This document shows positions 51,303-60,488 of a DNA stretch of 64,000 nucleotides, piece after piece. A program made the translations under genes and the position numbers. This DNA comes from an uncultured Coprobacillus sp. (lineage in GTDB: Bacteria; Bacillota_I; Bacilli_A; RFN20; CAG-826), in assembly GCA_964583155.1 (NCBI GenBank), contig CAZOUY010000005.1:7698-71697 (forward strand). Reading direction: 5' to 3'. Under the pieces are notes generated by a model. That model was not told the DNA's origin. It worked only from the letters and a program-made list of their open reading frames with translations, and did not search any database. Positions within the stretch are counted from its first letter, which is position 1. The number at the start of each line of letters is the position of its first letter.

Positions 51303-52577
51303 ATGAATGAGATTTTAATCGCTACCAAGATTATCGATAAAATTCAAAATGAAAGCACTCCTAGTAGCGTCTTGATGCGCAACTACTTTTTGTCACACTT
51401 TTGTCCACGCGAAACGCGCAAGACTATTCAGACCTTGGTGATGAAGACCTTCGCAAATTGGTATGTCTTCAATGCCATTGTTAAGGATAGCTTTCCTAAG
51501 ATTAGGGAAGAAGAAATTCTCGTCCTTTGCGTCGGTTTAGCCAACACCGTTTTCGTCCATGCCTTTAGCGCTGATGATACTATTGAAAAGGTCATCGATG
51601 CGCTTGCGGTCGATCATCAGCTTTCGCTTAGTATGATTGAGACGATTTTTCATCATGAATATCAAAAGCAAAATTTGGTTCCAAGCTATGTCGATCACCA
51701 GTCGAATGAATACTACCATCTCCGCTATAATATTCCTTTATGGCTCGTCGAGATGTGGAATCGTCATTATGGAAAGACGGTTTCTTATCGGATGATTGCC
51801 TCGTTAAAACAAAAACCTCTTCGTTCTTTTCGCGTGAATGAGAAAATCATTAAAAGACGCGAGCTTTTGGAAAAATATCCCGCTGAATTAGTGTCCGGTA
51901 TCAGTGAAACCACCGTTCATTATCGAGGCAATAGGCCTACCTCCAAGCTCGATTTCTATCGCAGGGGAGAAGGAATAATGATTGCTGAAGGCTCCAATCA
52001 TGCAATTAATAAAATTCCTTTGCATTCTCTTGATAATGTCTTAGTGGTGGCGGAGCAGCATTCATCCTTACCTTTGGCGCTTTTAGGTCGCTTTAAAGGG
52101 ACAGAGCAAATGCTCTATGCCCTATTGAATAATAGCGAAACGTTAAAGGCGAAAAAGGATATTGAAAAATATCACTTTTCCAACGTTGAGGTGATTGAAT
52201 CGTCATTATCATTGCTTTTAACCTACATTTCTTATCCTCAAGATATCGTCATGGTGGTGCCACCATCAAGCCGATTTCAATATATCAAAACGGAATATGA
52301 CTTTTTTGTTCATTTTAAACGCGATGATCTCGATCGCATCATCAATATGCAATATTCCTATCTCGAGGAATGCGCTTCTTTCGTAAAGGAGAGTGGCCAT
52401 TTAATTTATCTTGTCGAGACCGCGAACAACAAAGAAGGGAGTTTGCAGATTCGTCGCTTTTTGCAAAATCATGATGATTTCTCATTAGTCGAGGAACGGC
52501 AGATGCTACCGCTTGATCGTCGGCAAACGATGTGCTACTTTGCATTTTTAAAAAAGGAGGCCTCTCATCATGATTAA
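51303..52577 (+). CDS. RsmB/Sun-like protein with an N-terminal NusB-like domain. The methyltransferase domain appears catalytically dead.
   Basis: Position between priA and rlmN as in Firmicutes. NusB-like N-terminus. The motif IV equivalent reads DIVMVVPPSSRF, with the Cys replaced. The motif VI equivalent reads LIYLVETANN, with no TCS Cys. No AAPGGKT SAM motif is present. Confidence 0.45.
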   Translation: MNEILIATKIIDKIQNESTPSSVLMRNYFLSHFCPRETRKTIQTLVMKTFANWYVFNAIVKDSFPKIREEEILVLCVGLANTVFVHAFSADDTIEKVIDALAVDHQLSLSMIETIFHHEYQKQNLVPSYVDHQSNEYYHLRYNIPLWLVEMWNRHYGKTVSYRMIASLKQKPLRSFRVNEKIIKRRELLEKYPAELVSGISETTVHYRGNRPTSKLDFYRRGEGIMIAEGSNHAINKIPLHSLDNVLVVAEQHSSLPLALLGRFKGTEQMLYALLNNSETLKAKKDIEKYHFSNVEVIESSLSLLLTYISYPQDIVMVVPPSSRFQYIKTEYDFFVHFKRDDLDRIINMQYSYLEECASFVKESGHLIYLVETANNKEGSLQIRRFLQNHDDFSLVEERQMLPLDRRQTMCYFAFLKKEASHHD

Positions 52578-53610
52578 CCTTTATGGTTTGGAAATCAAAA
52601 AATTGGAGGCTCTCATGCTCAATGAAGGGCAGACCAAATATCGTGCCACGCAGCTTTATACATGGATTTACGGGAAAAAAGCGACCTCTTTCGATGAAAT
52701 GAGCGATGTTTCCTTACGATTTCGCGAAGTCTTAAAAGAAAAGTATTGCTTAGATAAGCCTTCGATTTATATCCGTCAGGATGCCGCGGATGGCACTGTT
52801 AAATTACTGCTTAATTTAAAGGACAATGCGAAGATTGAAACGGTTTTAATGCGCTACAGCTATGGCAATGTTTTGTGCGTGACCTCGCAGGTCGGCTGTA
52901 ATATGGGGTGTAGCTTCTGTGCTTCCGGTTTATTAAAAAAGCAACGTGATTTGCTTCCCGAAGAGATGGTGGGGCAGGTTTTGGTCATGAATGATCTGCT
53001 TTATCAAGAGGGGGATCATCGTGGCATCACGCACGTTGTGGTTATGGGAACCGGGGAACCCTTTGATAATTATGATAATGTCCTAGATTTTGTTCGCATC
53101 ATCAATCATCCGAAGGCCCTAGCGATCGGAGCTCGGCATATCACTGTTTCCACCTGTGGAATCCCTGAAAAAATCATTCGATACGCTCATGAAGGCTTGC
53201 AGATTAATTTGGCTATTTCTCTGCATGCTCCCAATAATGAAGTTCGTTCGAAAATCATGAAGATCAATCGCGCGTATCCCTTAGAAGAATTGATTCCAGC
53301 GGTTAGTGAATATAATAAAATAGCTTCGCGCCGCGTGACCTTTGAATATATCCTTTTAGCGGGAATAAATGATTCATTGGATGATGCGGATCAGTTAGCA
53401 AAATTAATTCGACCAACTTTTGCCTATGTTAATTTGATTCCCTATAATCCTGTTATGGAAAATGGCTATCGACGCTCTAGTGATGCACAAGTCCATGCAT
53501 TTTTAGATCGATTAACAAAAAGAGGCGTTACGGCAACGGTCAGAAAGGAATTTGGTACGGATATAGATGCCGCGTGTGGACAACTCCGGGCCAAGCATGA
53601 AAAAAGATGA
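52570..53610 (+). CDS. rlmN: 23S rRNA (adenine2503-C2)-methyltransferase, radical SAM
   Basis: The CNMGCSFCASG radical-SAM cluster motif, a second Cys motif and a length of 346 aa. Confidence 0.85.
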   Translation: MINLYGLEIKKLEALMLNEGQTKYRATQLYTWIYGKKATSFDEMSDVSLRFREVLKEKYCLDKPSIYIRQDAADGTVKLLLNLKDNAKIETVLMRYSYGNVLCVTSQVGCNMGCSFCASGLLKKQRDLLPEEMVGQVLVMNDLLYQEGDHRGITHVVVMGTGEPFDNYDNVLDFVRIINHPKALAIGARHITVSTCGIPEKIIRYAHEGLQINLAISLHAPNNEVRSKIMKINRAYPLEELIPAVSEYNKIASRRVTFEYILLAGINDSLDDADQLAKLIRPTFAYVNLIPYNPVMENGYRRSSDAQVHAFLDRLTKRGVTATVRKEFGTDIDAACGQLRAKHEKR

Positions 53611-54410
53611 AACATCATGGAGATTTTTGTTATTTAACTGATATCGGAAAAAAACGATCCGTCAATGAAGATTGTTCGATGATCATCAACAACGCTCATG
53701 GCGATACTTTGATGATGGTCTGCGATGGCATGGGAGGGCATCAAAAGGGTGATGTCGCCGCCCGATTAACCATCGATCTATTGATGGATGCTTTTAATAA
53801 AAAGGAACGCTTTGTAACGGTACGAGGCGCTAGAAAATGGTTAGAAAGAACTATTCGATCGATTAACGAGGCGGTCTATAATCGCGAAAAGGATGTTTCG
53901 TATGTTGAGCATATGGGAACAACCTTAGTCGCTTGTCTTATTCTCACCAAATCGATTGTTGTGGCCAATATTGGCGATTCCCGAGCGTATGTTTTGCGTA
54001 CGAAAGAAAATGAAGAGGTCTATGATTTTGAGCAGGTGACAAGCGATGATACCATCGCCGAATATTTGGTGAATATGGGCCGAATCAAAAAGGAAGATCG
54101 CGAGCATTTTACCTCGCGGCATATTTTAACCAATGCGATCGGCTTATTTCCTTCGGTGCGCTTGGAAATTAAGGTTTTGCCCTTTACGGAATTGAAATCT
54201 TCGCAGGACAATAAAAAGGATTGTTATACGATTTCAAGCATTTTATTATGCTCGGATGGTCTTTTTTCGATGCTGAATAAAGAAGAAATATTATCGTCAC
54301 TGACGATGGATGAAGAAATTGAAAATAAGGCCGAAAGCTTAATTACGATGGCCAATAATAACGGAGGCGATGATAATATCGCGATCGCTTTATGGGAGAC
54401 ATCTTTATAA
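53607..54410 (+). CDS. stp: PP2C-family Ser/Thr protein phosphatase
   Basis: MVCDGMGGHQKGDVAA and a C-terminal GGDDNI motif. Confidence 0.8.
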   Translation: MKHHGDFCYLTDIGKKRSVNEDCSMIINNAHGDTLMMVCDGMGGHQKGDVAARLTIDLLMDAFNKKERFVTVRGARKWLERTIRSINEAVYNREKDVSYVEHMGTTLVACLILTKSIVVANIGDSRAYVLRTKENEEVYDFEQVTSDDTIAEYLVNMGRIKKEDREHFTSRHILTNAIGLFPSVRLEIKVLPFTELKSSQDNKKDCYTISSILLCSDGLFSMLNKEEILSSLTMDEEIENKAESLITMANNNGGDDNIAIALWETSL

Positions 54411-54411
54411 T

Positions 54412-55275
54412 ATGGAAATCGGTTATCTTTTAGATCATCGTTTTCGTATCCTTTCCTTTATCAGCGAGGGGAGTACGGCCTTAGTGTATCGAGCGTATGA
54501 TGAAGTGCTTAAAAGAGATGTCGCTATCAAAATGATGCGCGATGATTTTTTAGTCGCCAATGATCGTTATGAAAATTTTGCTCGCGAAGCCGATTATCTA
54601 GCGAGCTTACGTCATATTAATATCATTCGGATTTACGGATTCGGCTATGATAACCGCCTTCCTTATTTGGTGGTCGAATTGGCAAAGGGCAAAACGCTTT
54701 CTCATCTTTTGGAGACCCACGGGCGTTTTCGCTTTCAAGAGGCAAAGGCCATCATGAAGCAATTATTAGCCGCGATTATTTTTACGCATCAATGCGGATT
54801 ATTGCATCGTGATATTAAGCCACAGAATATCTTTTATGGTGCTGATGGTTCTTTGAAAATCAGCGATTTTGGAATCGCGATCGCTCTTCAAAATGAAGTT
54901 TTTTCTTCCTCAAAGGTCTATGGCTCCTTACCATATTTAGCTCCTGAGGTTATCCAAGGACAGTCACCATCGGTGCAGAGCGATATCTATGCGCTAGGAA
55001 TAACCTTTTATGAGATTTTAACAGGACATTTGCCTTTTAATGGGGAGAGCGTTGAGGAGATCGCCAAGATGCATATCTCGCATTCCTTTCCATCCTTAAA
55101 AAAGGATAATATCGTCAATTATGAAGAGATCGATAGCGTCTTACGCAAGGCCTGCGCTAAAAATCCTTTAGATCGCTATAAAGATGCCGAATCGATGCTT
55201 GAGGATTTATCTCGCATCGAGGATGGTAAAAAAACGAAGAAAAAGTCATGGTTTCGAAGACTTTGGAGGTTTTAA
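54412..55275 (+). CDS. Ser/Thr protein kinase (kinase domain only; no TM or PASTA domains)
   Basis: HRDIKPQNIF catalytic loop, DFGIA and APE motifs. 288 aa. Adjacent to stp. Confidence 0.75.
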   Translation: MEIGYLLDHRFRILSFISEGSTALVYRAYDEVLKRDVAIKMMRDDFLVANDRYENFAREADYLASLRHINIIRIYGFGYDNRLPYLVVELAKGKTLSHLLETHGRFRFQEAKAIMKQLLAAIIFTHQCGLLHRDIKPQNIFYGADGSLKISDFGIAIALQNEVFSSSKVYGSLPYLAPEVIQGQSPSVQSDIYALGITFYEILTGHLPFNGESVEEIAKMHISHSFPSLKKDNIVNYEEIDSVLRKACAKNPLDRYKDAESMLEDLSRIEDGKKTKKKSWFRRLWRF

Positions 55276-55276
55276 G

Positions 55277-56137
55277 ATGAAAAAAGGAAGAATCTTAGCC
55301 TCCGCATATGGGACCTATCAAGTAATAAGCGAGGGACAAAGCTACCTTTTGAAGCCACGCGGTCTTTTGCGCTTTCAGGGTGTGAAGCCGATGGTGGGCG
55401 ATTTTTGTCTCTTTGATGACGAGCAGGAAATGATCATGGAAATTTTGCCTAGAAAAAATATGCTCTATCGTCCGATGATTGCGAATATCGATCGCGCTTA
55501 TGTCATCATGTCGGTCGTGAAGCCGGATTATTCTCCGCTTCTAGTCGATAAATTTTTAACCTATCTATTAGGCCAACAAATCGCTCCCGCTCTCATCATC
55601 ACCAAAATGGATTGCTGCCATGAAGATGAAAAGATGGAGGAATGGAAGAGAATTTATGAATCCTTGGGAATTCCGGTTTATTTTTCCTCCTTGAATGACA
55701 AGAATGATTATGAGAGGCTCAAGGAAGCGTTAAAGACGGAAACCAGTGTTTTTATCGGGCAATCCGGGGTCGGTAAATCGTCCTTGCTCAATTATCTTTT
55801 CCCAAAATGGGAGAGGAAGATTGGGGAATATTCTTCTTCCTTGGGACGAGGTAAGCATCAGACCAAAGAAGTGATTTTATTACCCTATGAAGAGGGCTAT
55901 GTGGCGGATACACCGGGCTTTTCAAGCTTGGATCTACGATTGACGATCGAAGAAATAAGCCATTATTTTCCGGGCTTTTCTTCCTATATCGGCCAATGCT
56001 TTTTTAGGGATTGTCACCATCTTCATGAAAAGGGCTGTTCTTTAAAAAAAGCGGTCGAAGAGGGAAGGTATCCGTTAACGCTCTATGAGCATTATGTTGA
56101 TTTGGTATCGCAAATAAATGATTCAAAAAGGAGATAA
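55277..56137 (+). CDS. rsgA: Ribosome small-subunit-dependent GTPase A
   Basis: GQSGVGKSSLLN P-loop, a C-terminal zinc-finger Cys/His cluster CFFRDCHHLHEKGC, and a GGAGG RBS. Confidence 0.8.
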   Translation: MKKGRILASAYGTYQVISEGQSYLLKPRGLLRFQGVKPMVGDFCLFDDEQEMIMEILPRKNMLYRPMIANIDRAYVIMSVVKPDYSPLLVDKFLTYLLGQQIAPALIITKMDCCHEDEKMEEWKRIYESLGIPVYFSSLNDKNDYERLKEALKTETSVFIGQSGVGKSSLLNYLFPKWERKIGEYSSSLGRGKHQTKEVILLPYEEGYVADTPGFSSLDLRLTIEEISHYFPGFSSYIGQCFFRDCHHLHEKGCSLKKAVEEGRYPLTLYEHYVDLVSQINDSKRR

Positions 56138-56142
56138 AGAAC

Positions 56143-56805
56143 ATGAAAAATATTATAGTTGCCCCCTCGTTACTAGCGTGTCAAAAGGGGCATGAAAAAG
56201 AGCAAATATCATTATTAGCGTCATCCGGGGCTGATTGGCTGCATTATGATGTGATGGATGGAATATTCGTCCCCAATAAGGCCTTAAGCGTCGAAGAATG
56301 TCAGAAGATTTCCGCGTATTGCCCTTTATTGATCGATGTTCATATTATGGTGAGCGATCCCTTTAATTATGTTGAGCCATACGCGCAAGCGGGCGCTAAG
56401 GTTTTGACCTTCCATTATGAGGCCTTGGCTAATGATGAAGAAAGATGCGTTTTGCTGAAACTTATCAAGAAGAATCATATGAAAGCCGGCATTTCCATTA
56501 AACCGAATACGCCAGTGGAGGCCTTATGGCCCCTTTTAAAGGAGGCGGATTTAGTCTTGGTGATGTCAGTGGAGCCGGGGAAGGGTGGACAGGCCTTTTT
56601 GCCATCGGCTCTTGATAAAATTACGGCATTAAAAGCGAAGCGTCATGAAATGGGACTTCAATATTTGATCGAAGTTGATGGAGGAATCAATAATGAAACG
56701 GCGCCCTTGGTGATTAATGCCGGCGTCGATGTGATCGTAGCCGGATCCTATTTATTCCATAAGGATGATGTGGCGCATCGTCTTAAAATCTTAAAAGGAG
56801 AGTAA
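56143..56805 (+). CDS. rpe: Ribulose-phosphate 3-epimerase
   Basis: IAPSLLA...HYDVMDG...VHIMV...VDGGI motifs. Confidence 0.8.
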   Translation: MKNIIVAPSLLACQKGHEKEQISLLASSGADWLHYDVMDGIFVPNKALSVEECQKISAYCPLLIDVHIMVSDPFNYVEPYAQAGAKVLTFHYEALANDEERCVLLKLIKKNHMKAGISIKPNTPVEALWPLLKEADLVLVMSVEPGKGGQAFLPSALDKITALKAKRHEMGLQYLIEVDGGINNETAPLVINAGVDVIVAGSYLFHKDDVAHRLKILKGE

Positions 56806-56807
56806 TT

Positions 56808-57455
56808 ATGAAAATTGAAACGATAGTCGCCTTAGTTTCATATTTATTTTCCTTTGGATTGGTTATTTTATTTGGACGCAAGAATTATCAAAGCTATTAT
56901 CAGGAAAAATATTCTTTTTTGAATCATTTTCCCTATGAAATGAATGATCGCTATCAGATGAAAATCAACAATTATTTTCGGTTGGTCGCGGTGATCATGG
57001 GGGTTAGCTCCATCTTTCTTCAAATCACGCTTCTAGGTGATTTTGCGATTATCAGTCATATCATGCCGTTAGTCATCGGATCCTTGGCGAGCCTTTTTTT
57101 AATGACACTCTTCTTTGTCACGATGAGAAGAGTGGAAGCCCATATGTTCATCATGACGATGGCGACCTCCTTTTCCATTTTAAGTTTTATTTCGCTCGCG
57201 TACTTCATCTATGCCACACCACTATATATAAAAGGGAAAATGGTCTATATCGTTCTAGCTCTCGCTTTGGCGATGATTGAAGGTGGCATGGTGTTTTCGC
57301 CGACCATTCGCAAATGGTATCGATTAGAAAAAAAAGATGCGGAGGACGAAACGTATCAACGTCCGCGCATCATTTCTCTAGCTTCCTTGGAATGGCTTTT
57401 ATTTCCGGGTCATGCCCTTTATTTGTTGATGCTGCTATTCGCAGTGATTATATGA
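56808..57455 (+). CDS. Hypothetical polytopic membrane protein
   Basis: 215 aa with 5-6 predicted TM helices. Confidence 0.4.
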   Translation: MKIETIVALVSYLFSFGLVILFGRKNYQSYYQEKYSFLNHFPYEMNDRYQMKINNYFRLVAVIMGVSSIFLQITLLGDFAIISHIMPLVIGSLASLFLMTLFFVTMRRVEAHMFIMTMATSFSILSFISLAYFIYATPLYIKGKMVYIVLALALAMIEGGMVFSPTIRKWYRLEKKDAEDETYQRPRIISLASLEWLLFPGHALYLLMLLFAVII

Positions 57456-57464
57456 TCAAGACAT

Positions 57465-57499
57465 AAAAAAACGCTTCATATAGAAGCGATTTTTTTTAC
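57465..57499. terminator. Bidirectional terminator between the membrane protein gene and rpmB
   Basis: CGCTTC-ATATA-GAAGCG flanked by A7 and T8 runs. Confidence 0.55.
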
Positions 57500-57690
57500 T
57501 TTTGTTTCGCGCTTTTATTAAGGGTCCGATAGGCACGAGCCGACATTCTTATGGTTCTAACTTGACCATCAACGACGACCTTGTATGGTTGTAAATTAAC
57601 ATTCCATTTACGACGGGTTGCTCTTAATGAATGGGACCGATTATTTCCGCTTACAGGGCCTTTGCCTGTCACAGGACAAACTCTTGACAT
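57496..57690 (-). CDS. rpmB: 50S ribosomal protein L28
   Basis: MSRVCPVTGKGPVSGNNRSHSLRATRRKW... Confidence 0.9.
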   Translation of the reverse strand: MSRVCPVTGKGPVSGNNRSHSLRATRRKWNVNLQPYKVVVDGQVRTIRMSARAYRTLNKSAKQK

Positions 57691-57798
57691 ATTTGAAACC
57701 TCCCTTAACTCAAACGTTCATTGTGCGAATTGCTCACACATGCTTATAAACAATAACATTAATTATGGCTTTTTGCAATGGTTTTTCAAAAAAAATAT

Positions 57799-58269
57799 TT
57801 ATCGAGAGCGGTACTTGGCTTCCTTTTGCCATTCCAAGTAGCCTTTCTCCTTTAATTCTTCGATGGTAAGAAGCTTGTGGCATCTTTTTTGCATTTCCTC
57901 TAAAAGAAGATGCCCTTTATCTTGAGTCAAAATCAGAGGTAATTTATCATGAAGGATAAGATAGAGATTGCGATCATGTAAAGAGGCCTTGACATCGATA
58001 TAGGCGATGTTATCGTAAGGAATGTGAATGATGCGGACTAATTGCCTTTGAATCAATTCCGTCTCCGTGAGGATATAATAGCAACGATAATAGGACAAAA
58101 GATAGATAACAAACGAAGGAATAAGCCAAATAGCCATGAATAAATAATGAAACCAATGCGCTTTCAAGGTAAATCCGACAAAGCTGAGCCAATAAAGAAC
58201 GGCCACGACGATGACGATGGCGAAAAAAATCCAGGTGTTTTTAGCGCGATTAGGACGAATCTTCATCAT
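57799..58269 (-). CDS. Hypothetical membrane protein (bacterial PH-like)
   Basis: Two to three N-terminal TM helices and a C-terminal soluble domain. Confidence 0.4.
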   Translation of the reverse strand: MMKIRPNRAKNTWIFFAIVIVVAVLYWLSFVGFTLKAHWFHYLFMAIWLIPSFVIYLLSYYRCYYILTETELIQRQLVRIIHIPYDNIAYIDVKASLHDRNLYLILHDKLPLILTQDKGHLLLEEMQKRCHKLLTIEELKEKGYLEWQKEAKYRSR

Positions 58270-58447
58270 TTTTTCCTCCTTGTTATTTTATATTATATGC
58301 CATTGAAGTTAAAAACAAAAGACCGAGGTTTGACCATCATTAAAAAAATATTTTTTTAATTTTATTATTTCTTATTCGCGCGAGATATGCGACAATATAG
58401 AAGGATTAATCTATCCTTTGGATAGATAATTATAGGAGGAAATAGAG

Positions 58448-59875
58448 ATGAAATTATTTGATACAATTCCTGATAATTTCTTTTCCGTCCTTTCGAGCAA
58501 AAATAAAGAAATCTATGCGATGGCTCTTTTGGTGCTATATCGTTCCTTACAAAGTGATGAAATGTCGATTAAAAAGGATGATTACATCCGTACCTTACGG
58601 GAAAAGGCCACTGATTTAGTGATGAATTTTGATTTTTCCGAAGAAGGAGAAGACGATGATTTGGGGGTTAATCCTAATTTACCGACCCGCGTTGCTTTTA
58701 TCGTCCGTCGTTTAGAGGAAACTGGTTGGATTGAAATTGAAATGCGCAGCGACACATTTGAAGAGTATATTGCCTTGCCGAGCTATTCCATTCAAATGTT
58801 GACTTTTTTGAATGATATCGTTTCAGAGTCGGAGGTGGCTTACAATTCGTTGGTGCATTCGACATATAGTGAATTGAAATTAGAGGATGAAGAACGCGAT
58901 GAATTCATGTACGCCACTCTCATTCGCGTCTATGAAAATACCAAGCGTTTACGGGTTGAATTAGTGACCCTAGGGCACTCTATTCGCATCTTTCAAAATA
59001 AGCTCGGTCATCTTTTTACGACCAATGAGGTTCTGCATGAGCATTTTGATGAGTATAAGGTGCGCATCAGCGATCGCTATTATCACCCTTTGAAGACCTT
59101 TGATTCTGTCACTAAATTCAAACGACCGATTTTGGCGATTTTACAAAAGTGGCTTCGTGATGATGAGGTTCGAACGAAATTAGTAATGCAGGCGATGATG
59201 TGGGGACATTCCAAGAATCAAAAGGATGCCGAACAAGATATCATCAATCGCATCACCTATATCCAGGATATGTATGAGCAGGTCAATCAGATGGTGGCCG
59301 ATATTGATCAAAAGCACGCCGAATATACCAAATCATCGGCGACAAAGATCATCTATTTAAACAATTCCGATAAAACCATCAAGGGCCATTTGGAAACCAT
59401 TTTCAAGGCTTACGCTAAGGCTAATGTCGATGGTGTCGGATTACGAGGCATATTATCGCGAATGCAGGATGCGATCACTCTTTTTGATCAAGGCTATATC
59501 AATCCCGATTCGATTACCTTACCGATCGTTAGGAAATACCGCGATGAGGCTGAGCCCCTTCCGATTATTTGGAACAGTGAAGAGGCCGGCGATTATACGA
59601 TGCAGGAATTTCTTGATCAAACTCGGAATTCCTTTACGGATGAAAGAATATATGCCTTTATGGAGACCGCTTTTCAAGGTGAAAATGAGGTTTTTATCGG
59701 TGATATCCCGTTACCTGATTTTGATGCGTTTATCCTTTTAATTCTCGCATCGCTGAAAAAGAGCGATGATGCTTGCTTCTATACGATTGAACAAAATGAA
59801 GGACGAATTCTCTCACAAGGATATGTCCTACCAAATTTCACTTTTAAACGAAAGGAGAACGACAATAATGTTTGA
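58448..59875 (+). CDS. JetA/MksF-like protein, the putative kleisin-like subunit of an SMC-like complex
   Basis: 475 aa and first of three translationally coupled genes. Size and position match DUF3375 (JetA/MksF). The sequence-level assignment is unverified. Confidence 0.45.
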   Translation: MKLFDTIPDNFFSVLSSKNKEIYAMALLVLYRSLQSDEMSIKKDDYIRTLREKATDLVMNFDFSEEGEDDDLGVNPNLPTRVAFIVRRLEETGWIEIEMRSDTFEEYIALPSYSIQMLTFLNDIVSESEVAYNSLVHSTYSELKLEDEERDEFMYATLIRVYENTKRLRVELVTLGHSIRIFQNKLGHLFTTNEVLHEHFDEYKVRISDRYYHPLKTFDSVTKFKRPILAILQKWLRDDEVRTKLVMQAMMWGHSKNQKDAEQDIINRITYIQDMYEQVNQMVADIDQKHAEYTKSSATKIIYLNNSDKTIKGHLETIFKAYAKANVDGVGLRGILSRMQDAITLFDQGYINPDSITLPIVRKYRDEAEPLPIIWNSEEAGDYTMQEFLDQTRNSFTDERIYAFMETAFQGENEVFIGDIPLPDFDAFILLILASLKKSDDACFYTIEQNEGRILSQGYVLPNFTFKRKENDNNV

Positions 59876-60488
59876 GGAAGAATTTGTTAAATTATCTAAT
59901 AGTGATCAAACGGAATTTGCGCGTGTTATTAATAATCTATTGTTAAAATCATTCGTTGTTCGCGAATCGTTTGATGCGCGCGAAAAAATGATGAAGATAA
60001 ATCCCGAATATCGTTTCTTGGAACGATATTACGAATTAGTGGAAAACTATTTGAAATATTCCGGATGGAAAATTGAAAAGGATGTTGCGCGGGGTGTGAT
60101 TGCTTTGCGAAATGATTATGAGCAGAATCGCTTAAGAATTGATCGTGAAACCTCATTAGTGATGTTTACTTTGCGCTTAATTTACGAAACGCAAAAGGCG
60201 GAGTCAAATGCCTCAGGAGAAAGCTTATATATGACCACTCCGGAGCTTTTAAAGACGATGCTGGAATATGGCATTACGATGCAAGGCAAAAAATTGACCG
60301 GACGTCTTTTGGGACGATCATTGCGATTTATGGCGGCTCATAATATCATTGCCAAGGTGAGCGGCTCTTACGATGAAGGCAATGTCGCTTTTTATATTTT
60401 GCCTTCCATTACATTCGCGGTTGATAATCAAAAAATCGCGGCTATGTCGGAAGCGCTTGATCGCTTGAAGGAGGGCGAAACCCTATGA
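59868..60488 (+). CDS. JetB/MksE-like protein (DUF4194-like)
   Basis: About 206 aa, with its ATG overlapping the upstream stop by 8 nt and an AAAGGAG RBS. The helical content is typical of MksE/JetB. Confidence 0.45.
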   Translation: MFEEEFVKLSNSDQTEFARVINNLLLKSFVVRESFDAREKMMKINPEYRFLERYYELVENYLKYSGWKIEKDVARGVIALRNDYEQNRLRIDRETSLVMFTLRLIYETQKAESNASGESLYMTTPELLKTMLEYGITMQGKKLTGRLLGRSLRFMAAHNIIAKVSGSYDEGNVAFYILPSITFAVDNQKIAAMSEALDRLKEGETL

